A stretch of DNA of 24,000 nucleotides from NCBI RefSeq assembly GCF_900167185.1, contig NZ_FUWM01000022.1, positions 7,683 to 31,682 on the forward strand. The letters are read 5' to 3'. Made by a program: the position numbers and the translations under genes. Positions 17,669 to 24,000 of this stretch are shown in pieces (position 1 is the first letter of the stretch; each line of letters begins with the position of its first letter). The notes under the pieces were generated by a model. The model worked only from the letters and a program-made list of their open reading frames with translations, ran no database searches and was not told where the DNA came from. The stretch comes from Selenihalanaerobacter shriftii. Lineage in GTDB: Bacteria > Bacillota > Halanaerobiia > Halobacteroidales > Acetohalobiaceae.

Positions 17669-18781
17669 TTACATTCCTAAAGCATCTCTAACCTTCTTAA
17701 AAAAACCTTTTTCCTCAGGATTAATCTCTTCACCACTGATATCCGCAAAATTCTTTAATAGGTCTTTCTGATCTTTATCTAATTTTTCAGGGATTATCAC
17801 TTTAACTTTAATATGCTGGTCTCCCCGGCCACTACCTCTTAAATGAGGTACACCTTTATTTTTAAGTCTAAATGAAGTACCAGGCTGAGTTCCTTCTGGA
17901 ATTTTAAATTTAACCTTTCCATCTAATGTTGGTACTTGAATCTCATCACCTAATGTAGCCTGCACAAAATTAATCGGCACTTCACAGAGTACATCGTCTC
18001 CTCTACGTTTAAATAATTTATGAGATCTTACATTAATAACTACAAGAAGATCTCCAGCTGGACCGTTGTTCTCACCAGCTTCTCCTTCACCTCTTAATCT
18101 TAATCTCGATCCATCATCTACACCTGCTGGTATGTCTACAGTAATTGATCTTCTTTTACGCACTTTCCCTTTTCCACCACATGTTGGACAAGGATCTTTA
18201 ACAAACTTACCATTACCATGACAGCGATCACAAGTTGTTGTCTGTACAAACTGACCAAAAGGAGTCTGTTGCTTAATTTGAACCTGTCCTGTACCATTGC
18301 ACTTAGCACAAGTTTCTACATCACTATCTGATTTAGCTCCACTCCCGCCACAATTGTCACATTCCTCAGTACGTGGAATTTTAATTTCTTTCTCTGTTCC
18401 AAAAGCTGCTTCTTCAAAGTCAATAGACATATTGTATCGTAAATCTGAACCTTTACGTGGTGCATTTCTTCGTTGACGTCTACCTCTTCCACCACCGCCA
18501 CCAAAGAACATATCAAAGATATCATCAAAACCACCAAAACCACCTTGGCCAAAGTCCTGATCTACACCAGCATGACCATATTGATCATATCTAGCTCTCT
18601 TTTCATCATCACTTAAGACTTTATATGCTTCAGAAGCCTCTTTAAACTTTTCCTCAGCATTCAGTTCATCACTAACATCCGGGTGATACTTCTTAGCTAA
18701 TTTACGATATTCTCGTTTAATCTCTTTATCACTAGCATCTTTACTAACACCTAAAATTTCATAATAATCTCGCTTACTCAT
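17669..18781 (-). CDS. dnaJ: Molecular chaperone DnaJ (type I Hsp40)
   Basis: J domain (DYYEILGV ... KYHPD), a G/F-rich linker, and four CxxCxGxG zinc-finger repeats ([32 protein letters not shown]). I prefer the ATG at 18781 (MSKRDYY), which has a GAGGTGGTGGA Shine-Dalgarno upstream, over the track extension MRWWIYIM. Confidence 0.97.
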   Translation of the reverse strand: MSKRDYYEILGVSKDASDKEIKREYRKLAKKYHPDVSDELNAEEKFKEASEAYKVLSDDEKRARYDQYGHAGVDQDFGQGGFGGFDDIFDMFFGGGGGRGRRQRRNAPRKGSDLRYNMSIDFEEAAFGTEKEIKIPRTEECDNCGGSGAKSDSDVETCAKCNGTGQVQIKQQTPFGQFVQTTTCDRCHGNGKFVKDPCPTCGGKGKVRKRRSITVDIPAGVDDGSRLRLRGEGEAGENNGPAGDLLVVINVRSHKLFKRRGDDVLCEVPINFVQATLGDEIQVPTLDGKVKFKIPEGTQPGTSFRLKNKGVPHLRGSGRGDQHIKVKVIIPEKLDKDQKDLLKNFADISGEEINPEEKGFFKKVRDALGM

Positions 18782-18826
18782 AATATAAATCCACCACCTC
18801 ACACTTTAATAATCTATGAACATAAA

Positions 18827-18850
18827 CAAAGCCAAAGCCATTTGGCTTTG
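18827..18850 (-). promoter_or_regulatory. Intercistronic stem-loop between dnaK and dnaJ (possible attenuator, processing or stability element)
   Basis: A perfect 10-bp inverted repeat, CAAAGCCAAA / TTTGGCTTTG, with a 4-nt loop. On the minus-strand RNA it is followed by UUUAUGUU, a weak U tract. It lies 36 nt after the dnaK stop and 46 nt before the dnaJ ATG. Confidence 0.5.
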
Positions 18851-18885
18851 ACTTTGTGTTAATCTTGACTAACTACATCCAATTA

Positions 18886-20778
18886 TTATTCACTATCAAC
18901 TTCATCATCGTCAACTTCTTCATAATCAACATCAACTACATCTTCATCATCTTCAGTTTCGCCACCAGCAGCTCCTTGAGCTCCAGCCTGTTGTTGAGCT
19001 TGTTGTTGGGCTTGCTCAGCTTGAGAATACATCTGCTGAGTTAATTCATGTAACTGACTAGTTAGTGCTTCTTTCTTCTCATTAATCGCCTCAATATCTA
19101 TCTCATCTGGATTGATATTCTGCATATCAATATCTTCTAATACTTCTTCTAACTCTTCTTTAGCAGATTCAATCTCTCCCGTTACTGAAGCATCCATGTT
19201 TTCTCCTGCTTCTTCCATAGTTTTTTCAACTTGATGAACTAAACTGTCTGCTTCTGTAACAGTTTCCACTGCTTCTCGACGTTTCTTATCCTCTTCAGCA
19301 TGTTCTTCTGCTTCTTGTACCATTTCTTCAATCTCTTCATCTGATAATCCAGTATCTGATTTAATAGTGATATCCTGCTCATTTCCAGTACCTTTATCTT
19401 GAGCTGAAACATGCACAATACCATTAGCATCAATATTAAAAGTTACTTCTATTTGTGGTACTCCTCTACGAGCAGGCGGAATACCTGTTAATTGGAAACG
19501 ACCTAAAGTCTTATTATCTTTAGCCATTTCTCTTTCACCTTGTAACACATGAATATCTACTGCTGTCTGATTATCAGCTGCTGTACTAAAGACTTTGCTT
19601 TCTGATGTAGGAATTGTAGTATTTTTGTCAATTAGCTTAGTAAATACTCCACCCATAGTCTCAATACCTAAAGATAATGGAGTAACATCTAATAATACTA
19701 AGTCATCTACATCTCCTGCTAATACTCCACCTTGAATTGCAGCACCTAGAGCTACACATTCATCTGGATTAATACCTTTATTAGGGTCATTAACTACTGC
19801 TTTTTTAACTGCTTCTTGAACTGCAGGAATTCTAGTAGAACCTCCAACTAATAATACTTGATCTATATCATTCTTATTTAATTCAGCATCAGATAATGCT
19901 TGACGAGTTGGTTTCATTGTTCTTTCAACTAAATCTGCAGTCATTTTTTCAAATTGAGATCTAGTAATATCGATATCTAAGTGCTTAGGACCTGTCTCTG
20001 TTTGAGTAATGAATGGTAAATTAACATTTGTACTTGCTACACCTGATAATTCAATCTTAGCTTTCTCCGCAGCATCCTTTAATCTCTGTAAAGACATATT
20101 ATCGTCTCTTAAATCAATACCGTGTTCTTTCTTAAACTCTTCAGCTAAGTAATCTATAATCTTTTCATCGAAATCATCACCACCTAATTTATTATCACCA
20201 TTAGTAGCAACAACTTCAAATACACCGCCACCTAACTCTAGGATAGAGATATCAAAAGTTCCTCCACCTAAGTCATATACTAAAATAGTTTGATCACTAT
20301 CATCATCTAATCCATAAGCTAAAGAAGCAGCAGTCGGTTCATTAATAATTCTTTCTACTTCTAAACCAGCAATCTTACCTGCATCTTTAGTTGCCTGTCT
20401 TTGAGCATCACTAAAGTAGGCTGGTACTGTAATTACAGCTTTTTTAACATCTTCTCCTAAATAATCCTCAGCATCTCTCTTTAACTTCTGCAAAATCATA
20501 GCAGAAATTTCTTGAGGAGTATGCTCTTTACCATTTAATTCTTCACTATGGTCAGTTCCCATATGTCGCTTAATAGAAATAACAGTTTGATCCGGATTTG
20601 TAATAGCTTGACGCTTAGCAGGTTCACCAACTAATCTTTCACCTTTTTTAGAAAATCCAACTACAGAAGGAGTAGTTCTACTTCCTTCAGCATTAGGAAT
20701 AACTGTTGGCTCTCCACCTTCCACGACAGCTACACATGAATTAGTAGTTCCTAAATCAATTCCAATTATTTTACTCAT
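18886..20778 (-). CDS. dnaK: Molecular chaperone DnaK (Hsp70)
   Basis: 630 aa with the canonical Hsp70 signatures [18 protein letters not shown] and [11 protein letters not shown]. The C-terminus carries a Q/A-rich stretch and then a strongly acidic tail. Confidence 0.98.
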   Translation of the reverse strand: MSKIIGIDLGTTNSCVAVVEGGEPTVIPNAEGSRTTPSVVGFSKKGERLVGEPAKRQAITNPDQTVISIKRHMGTDHSEELNGKEHTPQEISAMILQKLKRDAEDYLGEDVKKAVITVPAYFSDAQRQATKDAGKIAGLEVERIINEPTAASLAYGLDDDSDQTILVYDLGGGTFDISILELGGGVFEVVATNGDNKLGGDDFDEKIIDYLAEEFKKEHGIDLRDDNMSLQRLKDAAEKAKIELSGVASTNVNLPFITQTETGPKHLDIDITRSQFEKMTADLVERTMKPTRQALSDAELNKNDIDQVLLVGGSTRIPAVQEAVKKAVVNDPNKGINPDECVALGAAIQGGVLAGDVDDLVLLDVTPLSLGIETMGGVFTKLIDKNTTIPTSESKVFSTAADNQTAVDIHVLQGEREMAKDNKTLGRFQLTGIPPARRGVPQIEVTFNIDANGIVHVSAQDKGTGNEQDITIKSDTGLSDEEIEEMVQEAEEHAEEDKKRREAVETVTEADSLVHQVEKTMEEAGENMDASVTGEIESAKEELEEVLEDIDMQNINPDEIDIEAINEKKEALTSQLHELTQQMYSQAEQAQQQAQQQAGAQGAAGGETEDDEDVVDVDYEEVDDDEVDSE

Positions 20779-20920
20779 ACTAAATCATCCCCCTTATTTA
20801 AATGTCTGTATAAAAATATATATTAAACACAAAGTAAAAAACGAATTATTTTACATTCTATAATATATGAAGTCCATTCACTTTATGTGATTACCACTAT
20901 TACACCCAAAATTTTAGATG

Positions 20921-21511
20921 TTATTTAGCTACTTTTACCATCGATGCTCTTAAGACTTGATCGTTGAATATATAACCTTTTTGTAATTCCTCAGTGATAA
21001 TTCCTGATTCATATTCATCACTTTCTACCTGCATTACCGCTTCGTGAATTTTAGGATCGAATTCATCACCGACTGTTGGAATAACCTTTAATCCTTCTTC
21101 TTTTAAAACCTTAGTTAACTGTCTAGACACCATCTCTACTCCTTCTAAAAATCCAGTTAAGTCCTGATTATCCTTAGAAGAAGAAAGGGCTCTTTCGAAG
21201 TTATCTAAAACCGGCAATAACTCGTTGACTAATTCTTTAGTTGCATTTGATTTAAGTCTTTCTTTTTCTCTTCTAACTCTCTTTTTGTAATTTGAAAATT
21301 CAGCCTGTGATCTCTGAAGTCTATCTATGTATTTCTGTTTTTCTAATTCACTCCTTTCTAATTCTTCTTGTAATTCAATAAAGTTTTCTTCAGTAATTTC
21401 AACTTCTATTTTATTATCCTCATCATCATTAATTTTTTCTTGATCTTTTTCTTCTTGTTCTCTTTCTAATGCTTCTTTCTCTAAATCATTTTTTTCTTTA
21501 CTAATAGCCAT
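20921..21511 (-). CDS. grpE: Nucleotide exchange factor GrpE
   Basis: 196 aa. An acidic N-terminal region is followed by a long helix (QAEFSNYKKRVRREKE) and a C-terminal beta domain (FDPKIHEAV). It lies between hrcA and dnaK. Confidence 0.93.
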   Translation of the reverse strand: MAISKEKNDLEKEALEREQEEKDQEKINDDEDNKIEVEITEENFIELQEELERSELEKQKYIDRLQRSQAEFSNYKKRVRREKERLKSNATKELVNELLPVLDNFERALSSSKDNQDLTGFLEGVEMVSRQLTKVLKEEGLKVIPTVGDEFDPKIHEAVMQVESDEYESGIITEELQKGYIFNDQVLRASMVKVAK

Positions 21512-21536
21512 TAGCTATCATCACCACCTACTTAAC

Positions 21537-22592
21537 TTATTTATTTTTATCAGTTAGCATACTACTTAAGACTTGAGCCATCATCTTAACAATAGAAACT
21601 ACATTGGAATAATCCATCCTTGTAGGACCTAAAACTCCAATTTTTCCGATAGCTCTATTATTTAATCTATAAGTAGCAGTTACCATACTACAATTTTTAA
21701 TTTCATCAATTTCATTCTCTTGACCAATGGTAATACTAACTCCAGACATATTATCATCACCAGATATAGTTCCCAAAATATCATATAATAATTCTTCTTC
21801 TTCTAAAAGTCGCAATACTGATTTGACTTTTTGAATATCATTAAATTCTGGTTGTTCTAAAATATTTGTTGTTCCACCTAAATAAACCTTCTCTTTACTA
21901 GAAATAGGATTAAACAAATCTGGATATAGAAAATTAATATTACCTTCAAAATAATCAAGTCGATCAAGTAATTTATGCTCTAAATCTGATAATAACTGCT
22001 CATTTATTTGATTTAAAGTCAACCCTCGTAATCGTTCATTCAAAAACCGTGACATCTCCTGTAACTCAGAATGACTCAACTCTTGTGGCATAGCAACTAT
22101 TCGATCTTGTATACCAAGGTCAGTAATTAAGATTAATAATACATTCTTACTATCTAGTGGAATTAATTTTAAACTTCTAAAAACACTATTTTTAACCTGA
22201 GGGCTTAAAATTAAAGACGTATACTTAGTTAAATCTGATAACATATTTGAAGTCTTATAAATAATTTCATGTATTTCTTTAGCCTTAGCTTCATATTCAT
22301 AGTTATCTTTAATCGCCTCTTGTTGTCGCTTAGAAACTTTTTGTAATTCCATTAATGTGTCTACATAAAACCTATATCCTCTGTCTGACGGAATTCGACC
22401 AGCCGATTTATGTGGCTGTTTTAAATAACCCATTTCTTCTAAATCAGCCATTTCATTCCTGATGGTTGCCGAGCTAAATCCAAAGTTATATCTTCTCACT
22501 AACGTACGTGAACCAATCGGTTCAGCAGTCATCACATACTCATTAATGATGGCCTTTAATACCTTCTTCTTCCGTTCCGTCATCTTCAACAT
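21537..22592 (-). CDS. hrcA: Heat-inducible transcription repressor HrcA
   Basis: It has an N-terminal winged-helix region (ERKKKVLKAIINEY ... EPIGSRTL ... SSATIRNEM-LEE-GYL-QPH-SAGR-P), is first in the dnaK operon, and has a CIRCE operator immediately upstream. The track GTG start at 22604 lies inside the GAGGGGTGA Shine-Dalgarno. The ATG at 22592 has an 8-nt spacer and is preferred; the ATG at 22583 is also possible. Confidence 0.93.
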   Translation of the reverse strand: MLKMTERKKKVLKAIINEYVMTAEPIGSRTLVRRYNFGFSSATIRNEMADLEEMGYLKQPHKSAGRIPSDRGYRFYVDTLMELQKVSKRQQEAIKDNYEYEAKAKEIHEIIYKTSNMLSDLTKYTSLILSPQVKNSVFRSLKLIPLDSKNVLLILITDLGIQDRIVAMPQELSHSELQEMSRFLNERLRGLTLNQINEQLLSDLEHKLLDRLDYFEGNINFLYPDLFNPISSKEKVYLGGTTNILEQPEFNDIQKVKSVLRLLEEEELLYDILGTISGDDNMSGVSITIGQENEIDEIKNCSMVTATYRLNNRAIGKIGVLGPTRMDYSNVVSIVKMMAQVLSSMLTDKNK

Positions 22593-22613
22593 TATAACTC
22601 TCACCCCTCAGTA

Positions 22614-22640
22614 TTAGCACTCGTTAAGTTCGAGTGCTAA
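22614..22640 (-). promoter_or_regulatory. CIRCE operator (HrcA binding site)
   Basis: TTAGCACTC-gttaagttc-GAGTGCTAA is a perfect match to the consensus TTAGCACTC-N9-GAGTGCTAA. It lies between the predicted -10 and the hrcA Shine-Dalgarno. Confidence 0.95.
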
Positions 22641-22655
22641 CAACCAACTATAATT

Positions 22656-22684
22656 AAAATATCACTTACCTCACCATTTGTCAA
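22656..22684 (-). promoter_or_regulatory. Sigma-A-type promoter of the hrcA-grpE-dnaK-dnaJ operon
   Basis: The minus strand reads TTGACA (22684..22679), a 17-nt spacer, then TATTTT (22661..22656). The -10 is preceded by TGA, an extended -10-like TGn. The CIRCE operator starts about 15 nt downstream of the -10, which is the usual architecture. Confidence 0.6.
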
Positions 22685-22720
22685 ACAATACTAATCTTTA
22701 TTAAAGCAAATTAATTAAAT

Positions 22721-22750
22721 AATACTCCTGAATACTAGCAAATACTCCAG
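22721..22750. repeat. Three tandem 10-bp direct repeats (AATACTCCTG / AATACTAGCA / AATACTCCAG)
   Basis: Read directly from the sequence. Units 1 and 3 match at 9 of 10 positions, and all three share the hexamer AATACT (AGTATT on the coding strand). A fourth AATACT lies at 22687..22692, 2 nt upstream of the -35. Confidence 0.7.
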
Positions 22751-22753
22751 AAC

Positions 22754-23893
22754 TTACCCAAGAATAAATTCAGCTAATACATCATTGGCTAATACTAAAC
22801 CTCGACGCGTAAGAGTTATTCTTTTAGAAGTAACTCTTATATAATTCTCTTTTTCTAACTTCTTTATCTCTTGACCATATACCTTATCAAGACTTTCGCC
22901 AAAACGATCTTCAAATCTAGACAAAGAAATCCCTTCTCTTAATCTCAAGCCTAAAATCATGCTTTCTACTATTTTATCCTCACGAGTTAATTGATTTACT
23001 TCTTTAATAGGCAATTCTCCTGAGTTGACAGTATTAATATATTCTGAAATCGACGTCACATTACTACCTCTTACATCTCCATCATAAAAATGTGCCCCTG
23101 GACCTAGAGCTAAATAAGGCTCATTACGCCAATAAATCCGGTTATGCTCCGATTCATAACCAGAACGAGCAAAATTAGAAATTTCATAATGTTTATAACC
23201 ATTTTCAGTTAAAAAATCCATAGTTAACTGATACATTTCTAAATCTATTTCTTCTGAAACCGGCTCTAATAAACCATTATCTACATCACGAGCAAATTTG
23301 GTCCCTGGTTCAATCTTCAAATTATATGTGGATAAATGATTAGGATGTAGTTTTAAAGATTGTCTAAGTGTAGCTTCCCATTCAACTACTTTTTGACCTG
23401 GTAAAGCAAAAATTAAATCTAAATTAATATTTTCAAATCCTAATTCTCTAGCTAAATAATAATTATCAATAGCTTGCTTAGCAGTATGAATTCTGCCTAG
23501 TTCTCTTAAAGTTTGATTATTAAAAGATTGCACACCAAAACTTAAGCGATTAATTCCACCTTCTTTTAATAAAGATAATTTATTCTTACTAAGAGTACCA
23601 GGATTAGCTTCAATACTTATTTCACTATCCGATTCTACTTTAAATTCTTCTTTGAGAAGTAATAATAAATCTAAAAGAGCATCTCCATCAAGACAAGTGG
23701 GAGTTCCACCTCCAATAAAGACACTCTTTAACGTAGGATATTTATATTTATTAGCTATCATCTTAATCTCTTCAAATAAAGCTGTTAAAAATTCATTAGC
23801 TAATTGAGATTCCCATGTTCTAGAGTTAAAGTCACAGTAATAACATTTCCTAATACAAAACGGAATATGAATATATAATCCAATTTTTTTCAT
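22754..23893 (-). CDS. hemW: Radical SAM heme chaperone HemW (HemN-like, 'oxygen-independent coproporphyrinogen III oxidase-like')
   Basis: 379 aa with the radical-SAM motif CIRKCYYCDF, a GGGTP block, and a HemN_C-like C-terminus. Its size and its position right after lepA match the HemW/YqeR type rather than a bona fide HemN. Confidence 0.88.
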   Translation of the reverse strand: MKKIGLYIHIPFCIRKCYYCDFNSRTWESQLANEFLTALFEEIKMIANKYKYPTLKSVFIGGGTPTCLDGDALLDLLLLLKEEFKVESDSEISIEANPGTLSKNKLSLLKEGGINRLSFGVQSFNNQTLRELGRIHTAKQAIDNYYLARELGFENINLDLIFALPGQKVVEWEATLRQSLKLHPNHLSTYNLKIEPGTKFARDVDNGLLEPVSEEIDLEMYQLTMDFLTENGYKHYEISNFARSGYESEHNRIYWRNEPYLALGPGAHFYDGDVRGSNVTSISEYINTVNSGELPIKEVNQLTREDKIVESMILGLRLREGISLSRFEDRFGESLDKVYGQEIKKLEKENYIRVTSKRITLTRRGLVLANDVLAEFILG

Positions 23894-23907
23894 AATAAAT
23901 ACTTCCT

Positions 23908-24000
23908 TTAATCATCAATTTCTAAAATAGCCATGAATGCTTCCTGTGGAATCTCAACACTTCCGACCTGTTTCATCCGTTTTTTACCCGCTTTTTGTTG
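23908..24000 (-). CDS. lepA: Elongation factor 4 (LepA), C-terminal 30 codons (5' part outside window)
   Basis: Not in the ORF track. My minus-strand translation gives ...[30 protein letters not shown], which matches the conserved LepA C-terminal block (KQK-GKKRMKQ-G-VE-PQEAF-A-L). The TAA stop is at 23910..23908, 14 nt upstream of the hemW ATG. Confidence 0.88.
   Translation of the reverse strand, partial: QQKAGKKRMKQVGSVEIPQEAFMAILEIDD

Noticed and set aside
18316-18552. A 78-aa minus-strand ORF in an alternative frame inside dnaJ, and similarly a 64-aa ORF at 19239..19433 inside dnaK.
   Set aside because: Both are fully nested out of frame in highly conserved chaperone genes. They have no Shine-Dalgarno and no recognisable domain, so they are chance open frames.
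564-19044. Eleven plus-strand ORFs of 60-134 aa in the track: 564..761, 771..1055, 8910..9095, 9168..9425, 10059..10304, 12792..13025, 13874..14278, 15028..15210, 15443..15646, 16593..16784 and 18856..19044.
   Set aside because: Each lies antisense within a well-supported minus-strand gene (the longest, 13874..14278, also crosses the yqeY-HIT spacer). They have low-complexity S/I/L/F/N-rich composition, typical of the reverse complement of K/E/D-rich AT-rich genes. None has a recognisable motif or a Shine-Dalgarno. They are shadow ORFs.
18782-20920. A search for a second CIRCE element upstream of dnaK or dnaJ.
   Set aside because: Neither the grpE-dnaK spacer nor the dnaK-dnaJ spacer contains TTAGCACTC or GAGTGCTAA half-sites.
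1-24000. A scan of the whole window for CRISPR arrays, IS elements with terminal inverted repeats, integrases, tRNA/rRNA genes, toxin-antitoxin pairs and defence-system signatures.
   Set aside because: None was seen. Every ORF longer than 90 aa on the coding strand is accounted for by a conserved housekeeping family in B. subtilis-like synteny. The only repeats found are the short ones reported above.

Overview
An AT-rich (roughly one-third G+C by eye) 24 kb stretch of core chromosome from a low-GC Firmicute. All 26 supportable genes lie on the minus strand, tightly packed or overlapping. Gene order closely follows the Bacillus subtilis lepA-to-era region. Read in the direction of transcription (high to low coordinates) it runs: lepA (3' end), hemW, then a sigma-A-like promoter and a perfect CIRCE operator. 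Next come hrcA-grpE-dnaK-dnaJ-prmA-rsmE-mtaB, HIT-yqeY, and nfeD-floA plus a YqfB-position ORF ending at a strong terminator. The last block is yqfC-yqfD-phoH-pgpH-ybeY-CNNM-DUF502-cdd-GNAT-era-mgtE, followed by deoC (5' end). I see no rRNA, tRNA, CRISPR array, transposase/integrase, defence-island genes or pseudogenes. The plus-strand ORFs in the track are antisense shadows. I do not see a convincing novel multi-gene system here; this reads as a conserved housekeeping region covering heat shock, ribosome maturation, membrane microdomain and Mg2+ functions. Four items are least explained. (1) Three helically phased 10-bp direct repeats, plus a fourth core copy touching the -35, lie upstream of the hrcA promoter. 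(2) An uncharacterised membrane-anchored, highly charged coiled-coil ORF closes the nfeD-floA operon. (3) Two CBS-domain Mg2+ transporters and the c-di-AMP phosphodiesterase PgpH sit in one ribosome-maturation gene string, and mgtE has no room for a riboswitch leader. (4) Relative to B. subtilis, rpsU and dgkA are absent, while HIT, CNNM, DUF502, GNAT and mgtE are present. The acidic tails on DnaK and GrpE and the presence of yqfC/yqfD weakly suggest a halophilic member of a spore-forming lineage, possibly Halanaerobiales-like; this is a low-confidence inference.
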